A DNA stretch of 64,000 nt from Parcubacteria group bacterium Gr01-1014_8 (GTDB taxonomy: Bacteria > Patescibacteriota > Minisyncoccia > Phycocordibacterales > UBA2100). The position numbers and the translations under genes were made by a program. Every line of letters begins with the position of its first letter. Within the stretch, counting starts at the first letter, position 1. Positions 36,718-46,659 of the stretch are shown piece after piece. The stretch spans positions 128,001 to 192,000 of the forward strand of contig VMGC01000002.1 in the NCBI GenBank assembly GCA_007376385.1, in the 5' to 3' direction. The notes beneath the pieces were generated by a model, which saw only the letters and a program-made list of their open reading frames with translations, was not told the DNA's origin and ran no database searches.

Positions 36718-37977
36718 ATGACGTTGTTACGTTTGGCACGTGTGGGAGGTGTTGCGGCTTTTGCTGTTCTCTTGTTCACACTCGTTTCGTTTGTGGGAAA
36801 CCAGCGTCTTGCTTACGCAGATGAGGTGCCCGTTTCGGGCTCTGACATTGTGTGCGACACGTATCGTCAACTGCAGGAACAGGGATTGCCGATCCCTCCA
36901 GGACTCGATGTGAGCGGTTGTGAAGGAGGTGGGGGAGGCGGCGGTGGTGGCGAACCGCCACTACCAACGGTTACAGAGTGCATAGACGGTATTGATAACG
37001 ACGGAGATGGACGTACCGATTTTCTTCCGATATACGGCGACCCCGATTGTGATAACTTCTCTGATGATAGCGAGGCGGCGAGCGGAGGAGGCGGCGGTGG
37101 CGGTTCTACTCCAGCATGTGCCGATGGCATTGATAACGACGGCGATGGGCTCGTAGATAGTGTTGACCCGGGCTGCTCAGACACTTCCGATACTGACGAG
37201 GCCGATCCTACGGGGGGCGGCGTAGGAGGTGGTGGAGGTGGCGGAGGCGGAGGCCCCGCAGCGGCGTGCGAGGACAGCATAGACAATGACCTCGATGGTC
37301 TTAAAGACATGCAAGACCCAGGGTGTGAAAATGCTTCTGACAACGACGAAACCAACGGTTCTGGTGGAGGAGGAGGCGGCGGGGGAGGTGGCGAGGCAGC
37401 GACGACAACGGCACCAACTCCAGAAATTCTCGGCGCATCAACGCCAGCACAGGAACTTTCGTGCGACTCCTACCTGACGGCATTCATTCGCTTCGGCGGA
37501 AAGAATGATGCAGACCAGGTTATGCGCCTCCAGAAAGTACTCAAAGATTACGAGAAGGCGGATGTGAATGAAAATGGTACCTACGATGCTGCAACTCTCA
37601 AGGCAGTACATGCATTCCAAACAAAGTATGCCGATGAAATTCTTACACCATGGGGTATCAAGAGCTCGACAGGCTATGTGTATCTCACGACGCGAAAGAA
37701 AGTGAATGAAATTCGGTGCGAGAATAAGAAGACATTTCCGCTTTCGGAAGAAGAACAGAAGAAAGTCGAGGAAACACGGGTTTCTGCGGCAGTCAGGGAC
37801 ATCGGCACAGACGCATCTCCCGCAAAACCAGCGGAGCCAGCAAAACCTGCAGTAGTAAAAGCTAAAGATGTAACGGACAGGACCGCCGATTCATCGTCAA
37901 AAGACGAGACAGTGCAGGTGAGCGGATTGAAGAGGGTGTGGGATTTCCTCGGCAGAATGTTCAACAGAGCGCGCTAA
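36718..37977 (+). CDS. Secreted protein with poly-Gly spacers, three Ca-binding-like Cys-DxDNDGDG repeats and a C-terminal peptidoglycan-binding-like domain
   Basis: Signal peptide. Repeats CIDGIDNDGDGRTD..DPDC, CADGIDNDGDGLVD..DPGC and CEDSIDNDLDGLKD..DPGC. C-terminal LQKVL..NGTYDAATLKAVHAFQ resembles PG_binding_1. Confidence 0.5.
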   Translation: MTLLRLARVGGVAAFAVLLFTLVSFVGNQRLAYADEVPVSGSDIVCDTYRQLQEQGLPIPPGLDVSGCEGGGGGGGGGEPPLPTVTECIDGIDNDGDGRTDFLPIYGDPDCDNFSDDSEAASGGGGGGGSTPACADGIDNDGDGLVDSVDPGCSDTSDTDEADPTGGGVGGGGGGGGGGPAAACEDSIDNDLDGLKDMQDPGCENASDNDETNGSGGGGGGGGGGEAATTTAPTPEILGASTPAQELSCDSYLTAFIRFGGKNDADQVMRLQKVLKDYEKADVNENGTYDAATLKAVHAFQTKYADEILTPWGIKSSTGYVYLTTRKKVNEIRCENKKTFPLSEEEQKKVEETRVSAAVRDIGTDASPAKPAEPAKPAVVKAKDVTDRTADSSSKDETVQVSGLKRVWDFLGRMFNRAR

Positions 37978-38290
37978 ACGAAATCAAATCGTACAGAAAC
38001 GACGCCATATTCTGGCGTCTTTTTTGTCCTATACCAACTATGACACTCTGTCCTTAGTGGTGCGCATAGATTCTGCAGCGTTGACAATAATGGACGGACT
38101 TTGTACGATGCGCGCCGTTAGAGACAAACATCTCCCGTTCCTTGTCATTTTTTGTAGGAGGTCAGGGCGGGCCCAAAGCCGACAGCTTTCACGCTGGTTT
38201 CCCTAGGTTTTGGGCCCACCCAGGATTCCTACATGATCACGTAAAATATTATACAGGGAAGATAAAAAAGGCCGCGTTGAGCGGTTTTTT

Positions 38291-38404
38291 TATTGGCGAC
38301 GTAGAGCGAGTGAAATGAACGTGTACTCATGTTCATTTCCGAGCCGAGGAGCCAACATAGGGTCGAATGCCCCGCGGCTTGCCCGCGGAATGAATACCCT
38401 TTAT
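38291..38404 (-). repeat. Stop-codon-associated structured repeat (copy D, inverted, not gene-adjacent)
   Basis: Reverse complement reads AAAGGGTATTCATTCCGCGGGCAAGCCGCGGGGCATTCGACCCTATGTTGGCTCCTCGGCTCGGAAATGAAC..GTTCATTTCACTCGCTCTACGTCGCCAATAA. The tail matches copy C (CACTCGCTCTACGTCGC). Confidence 0.65.
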
Positions 38405-38829
38405 TGCAACTCATTATAAAAAAATATCAATGGTGTTTGACAACAAGCATGAATACGTATCGAAATACTTTTCCACATGGCTAATTCATTGACACTCCAC
38501 GAGAACGCGCGATAATTCGCCTACGTTTCGTCGCGTGCGCAAAATGCGATAAAGCGAGGGGAACCAGCGGACAATATGTCCGTTGAGAACATTTTTTTTA
38601 CTCACAGCTGTCTTTTTGAAATGAAGAGACGAGGCATCGCTGACCGTGATGCGTCGTTTTTTATTATGCAAATGGACGACTGAAGTCCATGGAGCGGCTT
38701 ATTTCCATGAAATGAGCCGCTCCGTGAACTGCAAGGTTCATGAGAAAGGTCGAGTTCTGCATTGCGCCGTCCGTACGGAGGCACAATGTCAGGTTTATCA
38801 AAACTTATCAACATGAAAAATTCAAAGAT

Positions 38830-39726
38830 ATGACTAAGACTATGAAAATCGGTGCAGTTCTTGCAACAAGCGCGATGGTTTTGTCGCAGTTCGCAGCAAT
38901 TCCTGCATACGCATGTGAGGACTGGTGCTGGGGCGAAGGAAGCTCTGACGACAACAGCGTCTACATAAAGGTTTCGAACTCAGGCACAATCTACAACGAA
39001 ACTAAAGCTAAGGCAGACACTGGCGACAACGATGCCGGCGGAAGCTACGGCGGCGACGGCGGCTCTGCTGGAGACGGTGGCGACGGCGGCGAAGCTGATG
39101 TGGAAGGCGGTGTTAATTGGTGCGGAGAGTGCAGCGACGGATCGGACAGCGAAGCAAACGGAGGCGACGGCGGCAACGGCGGCGACTCGAACGGCGGCGA
39201 TGCAGGTCCGGGTGGGCTCGTAGACACTGGGGATGCTGACGCAAACGCAGGAACAGTCAACACACTCAACACGACCGATATCGCAGTTGAGGGATGTGGC
39301 TGTGAGGATGACCAGGATGAGTGCGGATGCATTCCTCCATGGCTCCGACGCGACGTTGACAACAGCGTCCGCGTGAAGGTCCACAACGACGGCACGATCA
39401 ACAACGAAACTAAAGCTAAGGCAGACACTGGCGACAACGATGCCGGCGGAAGCTACGGCGGCGATGGTGGCGGCGATTGTCACTGTGACGGCGGTGGCGA
39501 CGGTGGCGACGGCGGTGACGCTGAAGTTGGCGACGACGAAGAGGGCTGTGGTTGTGAATGGGACATCGGTGGCGGCGGCACAGCAAACGGCGGCGACGGC
39601 GGCGACGGCGGAGACGCTGACGGCGGCGACGGCGACGTAGGAGGCACGATCCGAACGGGCGACGCTCGATCGGACGCTGGCACTGTGAACGTGATGAACA
39701 CGACTCTTGTTCGTGTAACTCGCTAG
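38830..39726 (+). CDS. Secreted Gly/Asp-rich repeat protein
   Basis: Signal peptide MTKTMKIGAVLATSAMVLSQFAAIPAYA. Two near-identical ~20-aa repeats (NETKAKADTGDNDAGGSYGGDGG) encoded by exact 60-bp DNA repeats. TGDADANAGTVN motifs shared with the next gene. Confidence 0.45.
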   Translation: MTKTMKIGAVLATSAMVLSQFAAIPAYACEDWCWGEGSSDDNSVYIKVSNSGTIYNETKAKADTGDNDAGGSYGGDGGSAGDGGDGGEADVEGGVNWCGECSDGSDSEANGGDGGNGGDSNGGDAGPGGLVDTGDADANAGTVNTLNTTDIAVEGCGCEDDQDECGCIPPWLRRDVDNSVRVKVHNDGTINNETKAKADTGDNDAGGSYGGDGGGDCHCDGGGDGGDGGDAEVGDDEEGCGCEWDIGGGGTANGGDGGDGGDADGGDGDVGGTIRTGDARSDAGTVNVMNTTLVRVTR

Positions 39727-39787
39727 TTCACGCATCTCTGGAGAGAGAACCTCTGTTCTCTCTCTGGGGTGGGTGGGAGGGAAGTCA

Positions 39788-42634
39788 ATGCTTCCCCCCT
39801 CTCATGAGATCTTGCAATTTAGCCGAGGTCTCATTAGGAGGGAACTAAAGCGTGGCTCTATGTATACATATAAAGATGTTGGAATAGTGTGGGTGACCGC
39901 GTTCGTACTTGCGGGCGTGATTATTTTAACTGGCGGAATGCCTGGAGTGTTGGCATTTGCACAGGAGGCGGAAGCACCGCCTGCATACGCAGAGGCGGCG
40001 TACTACGCCGAAGCGAGCTACTATGCGGAGGCCGCGTATGAGCCAGCGCCCGAGCCTACTCCGGAGGTGCAGGCGCAAACTCAAGAAACAATTAATCCTA
40101 ATGAGAACACAGGCTCGGAAGGAACTGATGGGCAGCCGGATGCTGCACCTCCTCAAGATGGGGAGAACGGCGACGATAGTACGCCGACAGATCCAGCGAC
40201 CGACGGAGAGCCAGGCCAGGACAACAATGCACCAGTGGATCCACCGGCAGCTGATGGAACGCCGACAACAATTAATACGGGTGATGCGTCTGCGGATTCA
40301 ACATCAACGGATGCAGGGAACCTGACAAACATAGACACACCTGCTCCGGACCCGAACACCTATCCGTATGGAAAACCACCAGCATGGTTCATCGCTGCAT
40401 GTGAAAAATATCCGCAACCCAAGTGCGAGAAATACATCGTTAAACCTCCTCCGACAACGGTTGTAGTGAGCGACGATATCGTGCTTGAGAATGGGGGGGA
40501 AGCAGTCGCAGAGACTGGAGAAAATACAGCAGTGGACCCTGAAGGCGTCTCTATCACGACAGGAAATTCTGATGCGTTCGGCTACCTCATCTCGCTCTTT
40601 AACGTTGTTGTGACGAATTCAACCGGCTCGATACTCTTCCTCAAGAACCCGCTTTCGAGCGCCCTCGACTTCACGCAGCGTATCATGGACATTTTCAACA
40701 ATCTTGCCGGAGGAGACGGCGACTGTACGCTCCTTGGCTGCTCAATTTCTGACGCGGTCTTCAATCTCATCACTGATGATACGGCGACAGTCTCGAATGA
40801 GCTTATTGTTCGAGCGGGGACCGGAGCGAACGCCGCGACGTCTACCGACGGCGTAGCAAGCATCGACACGGGAAATGCGAACGCGTTCGGAGGTATCGTG
40901 AACTTCGGCAACCTTCAGATAGTCGATTCGCGCTACATGATAATCCTCATGACCAACCAGGGCGACCTGTCAGGGAACATCGTTCTTCCTGAAGCTGAAT
41001 TTTTCAGGCAGCTCTCCACGGGAGCGAAATTCGGAAGCGCGAGCTCGTTCGATACGACGAACGGCGCTGATGTGACGAACGATGGAACGGCGAATGCGGA
41101 TACGGGAGACAACGCCGCAGTTGCATCCTCAACTGAGGAGATAGCGCAGATACACACCGGAGAGGCGGATGCTGATGCCTCCACGATAAACTTTGTGAAC
41201 CAGATAGGCGCTCCTATCTGCTTTATCGTGAACGTAGGCGGCAGGTGGCGCGGAGATGTAAAGCGTCTCCCAGAAGGCTTCTCTCGCGAGCAGACTGAAT
41301 TCGGCGAGATAATCTGTGGAGCGGGAACAAACACAGATAGACCTGGCGCGCGTGACAACTTCCACGCGACAACGACAAACTATGCAAAAGTATTGAACAA
41401 GGCGATCGTCGAAGCAACGACAGGGGCGAATGCAGCAGCAGGCGCGGCGGCGCGGATCAACACAGGCGACGCTGATGCGTTCGTGCAGATCCTCAACGTC
41501 TTGAACCAGAGCATCATCGGACAAGACTGGATATTCGCTCTTTTCACCGTAACAGGCGATTGGAACGGCAACCTCATATTCGGCGCAGACCCGGCAGTGC
41601 CTGGCAGCGGCGGCGGGGATGTCCTCACGCAGATCGCAGCATCAATGCTCGCAGGCGCAGGCGGCGGCCTGCCTGGTGGATACACATCTGACCCGAAATT
41701 GTCTGTCACAAAAACAGCGAATGTAACGAGCGCAAAGGCTCCTGCGAAAGTCGATTACACGGTCGTGGTGAAGAATGACAAGGGGGGAGGCGCAGCATAC
41801 CGCGCAGTGCTCTCGGATATTCTCGTTGAACCTTCGAAGGGCTCACGGATCTCTACACGCTGGTGGAATCTTGGAACCGTGAAAGAGGGCGAGGAAATAA
41901 CGCTCACCTACACCATCGAGTACAACGAAGAGATACCGTACGGTGTGTATGAAAACACTGCGACTGTCTCGGGCTACAAAAACAGCTCGATCTATGTCGC
42001 GCCAAATCCATTCGACCAAATTTCTGCGACGGCAAGCGTCGAGATAAGCGGAGGAGAGATATTGGGAGTGCAGACAACGAACTCGTGCAAACCTCTTCTC
42101 AAGGGCTTTGTCAAGGTTGGGCAGAAGAATTCTCCTGAGGATGTGCGTAACCTGCAGACATTCCTCTTGGTTTCTGAAGGCGACCAGATAGGGGCTTCGG
42201 GTGTGTACGACCAGAAAACAATAAATGCCGTAAAAAAGTTCCAGCAGAAATATGCCGAGTACATCTTGACGCCATGGGGAGTAACAGAGCCGACAGGAAA
42301 TGTGTACTACACGACACAACACACCATCAACAATATGTACTGCCGAGGTTCGGGCGCGTTCTCGCTCTCCGCGGATCAAGTGAGTGAAATAAACGGGTTC
42401 AAGGCAAAGTACACGAATCCGCTTCCGAATGTTCCTAAGCCGGACCCTATCATCGAGGGAGTGGGACAAATACAGAAAAAGATGAAGCCTCCGGTGACAC
42501 TCGAGCTCCCGAAAATAGTCCCCGCGTCGGCGCTCCTAAAGTCGTTCGCTCCGACTTCTAATGCAGGAAGATCGAATGGGCTTGGCAAGTGGATGAAATC
42601 AATGATGCCGTTCGTCGAGGCGGGAGAAGAATAG
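39788..42634 (+). CDS. Large (about 950 aa) secreted/cell-surface repeat protein with a DUF11-like domain and a C-terminal peptidoglycan-binding-like domain
   Basis: GGGAGG lies 7 nt before ATG 39788 (alternative ATG 39860). N-terminal TM/signal. Repeated I-x-TG-[DN]-A-x-A ... N..N motifs. TVVVKNDKGGGAAYRAVLSD..EGEEITLTYTIEY (DUF11-like). C-terminal LQTFL..GVYDQKTINAVKKFQQKYAEYILTPWG matches the tail of the 36718 protein. Confidence 0.5.
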   Translation: MLPPSHEILQFSRGLIRRELKRGSMYTYKDVGIVWVTAFVLAGVIILTGGMPGVLAFAQEAEAPPAYAEAAYYAEASYYAEAAYEPAPEPTPEVQAQTQETINPNENTGSEGTDGQPDAAPPQDGENGDDSTPTDPATDGEPGQDNNAPVDPPAADGTPTTINTGDASADSTSTDAGNLTNIDTPAPDPNTYPYGKPPAWFIAACEKYPQPKCEKYIVKPPPTTVVVSDDIVLENGGEAVAETGENTAVDPEGVSITTGNSDAFGYLISLFNVVVTNSTGSILFLKNPLSSALDFTQRIMDIFNNLAGGDGDCTLLGCSISDAVFNLITDDTATVSNELIVRAGTGANAATSTDGVASIDTGNANAFGGIVNFGNLQIVDSRYMIILMTNQGDLSGNIVLPEAEFFRQLSTGAKFGSASSFDTTNGADVTNDGTANADTGDNAAVASSTEEIAQIHTGEADADASTINFVNQIGAPICFIVNVGGRWRGDVKRLPEGFSREQTEFGEIICGAGTNTDRPGARDNFHATTTNYAKVLNKAIVEATTGANAAAGAAARINTGDADAFVQILNVLNQSIIGQDWIFALFTVTGDWNGNLIFGADPAVPGSGGGDVLTQIAASMLAGAGGGLPGGYTSDPKLSVTKTANVTSAKAPAKVDYTVVVKNDKGGGAAYRAVLSDILVEPSKGSRISTRWWNLGTVKEGEEITLTYTIEYNEEIPYGVYENTATVSGYKNSSIYVAPNPFDQISATASVEISGGEILGVQTTNSCKPLLKGFVKVGQKNSPEDVRNLQTFLLVSEGDQIGASGVYDQKTINAVKKFQQKYAEYILTPWGVTEPTGNVYYTTQHTINNMYCRGSGAFSLSADQVSEINGFKAKYTNPLPNVPKPDPIIEGVGQIQKKMKPPVTLELPKIVPASALLKSFAPTSNAGRSNGLGKWMKSMMPFVEAGEE

Positions 42635-42670
42635 AGCACCGAGGCGCTTTCAGCGCCCAGTTGTAGTAGA

Positions 42671-43318
42671 ATGCCACCCTATATGAAGTATGTTCTCACA
42701 TCCCTCGTTCTACTCCTCGTTCCAGGCGTCTCGTTTGGGGCGGGGCTTGCGGCGAGTACCGATGGCATCATCTACAGGCAGGCGAGCGTTACTGTCTCCA
42801 ATAGCCTGCCTGCCGCGTCGAGTGCGGCGCAGGCAGGCGGCTCCATCAATAGCAACACAAGTTCGTCGGCATCGAGCGGGGGAAATTCAGTAGGAAGCGG
42901 CCTGCCCGGCCAGGGTGGCTCTGTAACCACCGGAAATGCAAGCGCATCTGCTTCGACTGAAGTTACCAGCGATGGCAGCGGTGGCAGTGTAAAAGTGAAA
43001 GTGGAGACAGACAGTGGAGATGGGAAAAAAGTCGAGGAGTATCAGAAAGACCTAAAGGCTGGGGAATCAATTGATGTAAGCGTCGAAGCGACGTCGAAAA
43101 GCGGAGGAGGGACGTCCGAAAGCAGTGTCAAAGTAACAGCGAACGGCTCCGAGGTCGCAACGTCAAGCGCAACGTCCACTGATGCCGCAACTCCCATGGC
43201 GGAGGCTGTCGCAATGGAAGCTTCGGCCTCGTCCAGTCTAGGTAAGATAACATTCACCAACATATTTGCAGGTATTAAGAGCGCATTCCACGGATTCTTG
43301 AACTTCTTTGGTTTCTAA
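42671..43318 (+). CDS. Secreted Ser/Gly-rich low-complexity protein
   Basis: Signal peptide (MKYVLTSLVLLLVPGVSFGA), then S/G/T-rich sequence. Confidence 0.4.
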   Translation: MPPYMKYVLTSLVLLLVPGVSFGAGLAASTDGIIYRQASVTVSNSLPAASSAAQAGGSINSNTSSSASSGGNSVGSGLPGQGGSVTTGNASASASTEVTSDGSGGSVKVKVETDSGDGKKVEEYQKDLKAGESIDVSVEATSKSGGGTSESSVKVTANGSEVATSSATSTDAATPMAEAVAMEASASSSLGKITFTNIFAGIKSAFHGFLNFFGF

Positions 43319-43337
43319 GCAGGTTACAATAGGGTAC

Positions 43338-44330
43338 ATGGCGCGACCGAGCGTTGAGCGAGGAAGTACTGAGCGTAGCAACGCGAATGTGCGCCCAAAG
43401 CGCAAGAGCCGAAATAAGATATCGCATGTGATCTTGCCGTTGCCGGAAAACGGCCACCATCCGCATCTTCTTCGCGGCCCCACCGTGATGACGGTGCTGG
43501 CCGTTGTGAGCGTTCTCCAAATAGGGTTCTTCGCTTACCAATTCACATTCCTTTCATCGAGCGTGAACATAGCGAGCGTGCTACCGGGGGCCATCGCACT
43601 TCTCTCAAATACTGCGCGTGCAGAAGCAGATAGTTTGCCTCTCGAGATCAGTCCCGTTTTAGCCGGAGCTGCGCAAAAAAAAGCCGAGGATATGGCGCAA
43701 AAAGGCTATTTTGCACACAAAGAGCCCAATGGCGACATGCCATGGCATTGGTTCACAGAGGCCGGATACAACTATGTATACGCAGGCGAGAACTTGGCGG
43801 TGAATTTTTCTGACACGAAACAGCTTGTTGATGCATGGCTAGCGTCTCCGGCGCATCGCGACAATATTTTGAAACCGCAATACACCGAGATAGGCATCGG
43901 CATGGCGACTGGTACATACAAGGGAAAAGAAGCAATATTCGTAGTCCAATTTTTTGGAGCAGAACAAGATTCACGTTATGCAGTTTCAAATACAGATACA
44001 GTTGAAGACGTGGCAAAAATAGATGCCGCAACTTCATCCGTTCTCGGGGAACAGGTCAGCAACGCGAGCTCTGCTGGTTCGCTTTTGGACAATGTGAGAA
44101 TTTCTCCGCGGACGTATGCCATCCGCACGCTGATGTCGCTTATCGCGCTGTTCGCAGCGTTGCTCGCGTTCAGTCTGATGCCCGCGTTCCGTGCGCATCC
44201 TCGGGCGGTTATGAATGGTTTCCTGGTCATTACGGTCCTTGTTTTCTTTTACGCATTCCAAGACGGATTTTTTGGAAGGACAGTGCTCTCGGATGAGGCG
44301 CAAGCAGCAACGGTAGCGTCAGTGTTATGA
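43338..44330 (+). CDS. CAP/SCP (PR-1-like) domain membrane protein
   Basis: YFAHKEPNGDMPWHWFTEAGYNYVYAGENLAVNF..WLASPAHRDNIL (CAP signature). Flanking TM helices. ATG at 43338, after the stop of the Ser-rich gene. Confidence 0.65.
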   Translation: MARPSVERGSTERSNANVRPKRKSRNKISHVILPLPENGHHPHLLRGPTVMTVLAVVSVLQIGFFAYQFTFLSSSVNIASVLPGAIALLSNTARAEADSLPLEISPVLAGAAQKKAEDMAQKGYFAHKEPNGDMPWHWFTEAGYNYVYAGENLAVNFSDTKQLVDAWLASPAHRDNILKPQYTEIGIGMATGTYKGKEAIFVVQFFGAEQDSRYAVSNTDTVEDVAKIDAATSSVLGEQVSNASSAGSLLDNVRISPRTYAIRTLMSLIALFAALLAFSLMPAFRAHPRAVMNGFLVITVLVFFYAFQDGFFGRTVLSDEAQAATVASVL

Positions 44331-45823
44331 TGACCGGCATGAGAGATGAGGGCTTATCGAGCGGCGAGTCTATCCGTGCGGAGCGATTGAAAAAGTTGCA
44401 GGTTCTAAAGGAGACAGGGATGGATGCGTATCCGTCGCATAGTTCGCGCGATACATCGATAGCAGAGTTCGCGGCTGGCTTTGAGGAGAGAATGAAAAGC
44501 GGGAAAGCAGCGACAGTTGCAGGCCGCCTCATGTCGCTTCGCGGGCAAGGGGGCATTATGTTCGCGGATATCTTTGACGGTACAGCTCGCACACAGATAG
44601 TTCTTCAGAAAGCTGAGATGGATGGATCTCTGTTCGATCTATTTGCTGAGACCGTTGACGTGGGCGATTTTGTAGAAGCGACTGGCGTTGCATTCAAAAC
44701 AAAACGAGGCGAGAACTCACTTAAAGTTTCGAAATGGAGAATGCTTGCGAAGTCGTTGATGCCGATACCGAGCGAATGGTACGGAGTAAAGGATGAAGAA
44801 TTGAAGTTGCGCCAGAGATATCTCGACATACTACTGAATGAAGATATCCGCGCGATGTTTGAGCGTCGTGCCAAATTTTGGAAGGCCGCGAGGGATTTTT
44901 ATCTGTCGCGAGGATTCTTGGAAGTCGAGACACCGGTACTCGAGACAACTCCGGGGGGCGCAGACGCGCGTCCATTCATCACGCACCACAATGCGCTCAA
45001 TATGGATGTGTATCTGCGCATCTCATGCGGCGAGTTGTGGCAAAAGAAACTTCTCATGGCCGGATATCCGAAGGTTTTTGAAATAGGCAGGATATTTCGA
45101 AATGAAGGCCAGTCGCGCGAACACTTGCAGGATTACACTCAACTGGAATCGTACGAGGCATATGCTGATGCGGCGTCGGGCATGAAATTTGTTCAGGAGC
45201 TGTATCGGCATGTTGTGAAAGAAACGTACGGACAATACACATTCACGATTGGCGAACACACAGTTGATTTTGCGGAAGTCTGGCCGACAGTGGATTTTTC
45301 AGACGCGATACAAAACAAATTTGGTATCAATCCAATTGCCTGCTCCGACGCCGAAGCGATACACACCGCGCGGAGTGCAGGAATCCAATTCAACATTGTG
45401 GAATCGCCAAACAAAGCGAGGGCGGTAGACCACTTGTGGAAGCTTGTGCGAAAAAGTATCTCTGGGCCGGCATTTTTGGTGGGTGTACCGGTCTTTCTTG
45501 AGCCGCTTGCAAAGAGAAAGTCAGATAATATGGATGTGGTTGACCGCATACAGGTATTGATAGCAGGCAGCGAGATAGGGAAAGGATACAGCGAGCTCAA
45601 TGATCCCTTGGACCAGTACTCACGATTCGAAGAGCAGCAGAAAATGCGCGATGCGGGAGACCCTGAAGCACAGCGGCTGGACAAAGAATACGTCCAAGCT
45701 ATGGAGTACGGCATGCCGCCCGCGTTCGGTTTCGGCGTGTCGGAGCGCCTCTTTGCGTTCCTTGAGAATAGACCAGCGCATGAGACGCAATTGTTTCCAT
45801 TGTTAAGACCGAAGGTAGATTAA
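44327..45823 (+). CDS. lysS: Lysine--tRNA ligase (class II)
   Basis: N-terminal OB anticodon-binding region and class II motifs (FRNEG, GMPPAFGFGVSERL). 498 aa. Confidence 0.9.
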   Translation: MMTGMRDEGLSSGESIRAERLKKLQVLKETGMDAYPSHSSRDTSIAEFAAGFEERMKSGKAATVAGRLMSLRGQGGIMFADIFDGTARTQIVLQKAEMDGSLFDLFAETVDVGDFVEATGVAFKTKRGENSLKVSKWRMLAKSLMPIPSEWYGVKDEELKLRQRYLDILLNEDIRAMFERRAKFWKAARDFYLSRGFLEVETPVLETTPGGADARPFITHHNALNMDVYLRISCGELWQKKLLMAGYPKVFEIGRIFRNEGQSREHLQDYTQLESYEAYADAASGMKFVQELYRHVVKETYGQYTFTIGEHTVDFAEVWPTVDFSDAIQNKFGINPIACSDAEAIHTARSAGIQFNIVESPNKARAVDHLWKLVRKSISGPAFLVGVPVFLEPLAKRKSDNMDVVDRIQVLIAGSEIGKGYSELNDPLDQYSRFEEQQKMRDAGDPEAQRLDKEYVQAMEYGMPPAFGFGVSERLFAFLENRPAHETQLFPLLRPKVD

Positions 45824-45894
45824 TGCATGCAATTTTTTGTCCTGTTCTGACATTCGTCGCCATATAGTGCAGGAGAGAACATTTGCTATACTGT

Positions 45895-46068
45895 CACCAC
45901 TCCTTCGGGGTTGGGTGAAAGTCCCAATCGGCGGTATAGCCCGCGAGTTCTTAGGGACACGATTTGGTGAGATTCCAAAGCCGACCGTACAGTCGGGATG
46001 AAAGAAGGAAGCGAGGCACCCTTGTTGGATGCTTGCGTGGTAACCCCGATGGATCGGGGTTTTTTATT
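45895..46068 (+). ncRNA. FMN riboswitch (RFN element) with an SD-sequestering/terminator hairpin
   Basis: TCCTTCGGGGTTGGGTGAAAGTCCCAATCGGCGGTATAGCCCGCGAG...GGTGAGATTCCAAAGCCGACCGTACAGTCGGGATGAAAGAAGG matches the RFN core. Followed by CCCCGATGGATCGGGGTTTTTT, directly upstream of ribE. Confidence 0.85.
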
Positions 46069-46071
46069 TAT

Positions 46072-46659
46072 ATGTTTACAGGAATTATCACACATACCGG
46101 GACTATCTCTCGTACATCTCCATCAAAGATTGCGATTCGTGCAGATCGCGATTTTGTGCAAAAGTTGGGTTACGGCACCAGCGTTAGTGTGGGCGGAGTA
46201 TGTCTCACCGTTATCTCAAAAAATAGCGATTCGTTTTCGGCGGACATTATGCCGGAAACCGCACGGCGTACTACCTTGGGAAGTCTTCATCGCGGTGACT
46301 TGGTAAATTTAGAGCATCCGGCAACCCCCTTGTCGTTCCTTTCGGGTCACATAGTGCAAGGTCATATCGATGGTATAGGGACATTACGGCAGATCCGTGC
46401 GCACAAGATGGGTTGGATCGTGTCGATCGCCTCTCCGGCAGCTCTCCTGCGCTACATCGTCGCGAAGGGATCGATAGCGGTAAATGGCATTTCACTTACG
46501 GTCATCGGAAGGGGCCGCTCATACTTCACGGTAGGTATAATCCCTCACACATGGAAAACCACGACGTTCCATGAACTCGCGCAGGGGAGCAGTGTCAACA
46601 TTGAAGTGGATGTCCTCGCAAAGTATGTCGAGACATTTGTTCGGGATCGCCGCATATGA
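46072..46659 (+). CDS. ribE: Riboflavin synthase alpha subunit
   Basis: MFTGIITHTGTI N-terminus and an internal repeat of the lumazine-binding half. Confidence 0.85.
   Translation: MFTGIITHTGTISRTSPSKIAIRADRDFVQKLGYGTSVSVGGVCLTVISKNSDSFSADIMPETARRTTLGSLHRGDLVNLEHPATPLSFLSGHIVQGHIDGIGTLRQIRAHKMGWIVSIASPAALLRYIVAKGSIAVNGISLTVIGRGRSYFTVGIIPHTWKTTTFHELAQGSSVNIEVDVLAKYVETFVRDRRI

Noticed and set aside
36930-37400. Repetitive GGAGGTGGGGGAGGCGGCGG tracts that could look like short tandem repeats or a CRISPR-like array
   Set aside because: They are in-frame poly-glycine codons inside a long ORF with a signal peptide. The spacing is irregular, there are no direct repeats of 25-40 nt, and there are no cas genes.
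38024-38206. 60-aa ORF in the long intergenic region between the two secreted-protein genes
   Set aside because: No RBS, and the sequence coincides with inverted-repeat DNA (GGGCCCAAA..TTTGGGCCC). It is better explained as a structured non-coding region.
38355-38372. GGGTCGAATGCCCC resembling a tRNA T-arm (also scanned the whole window for tRNA-like GGTTCGAATCC motifs)
   Set aside because: No acceptor, D or anticodon arms can be built around it. It is part of repeat copy D. No tRNA or rRNA genes were found in the window.
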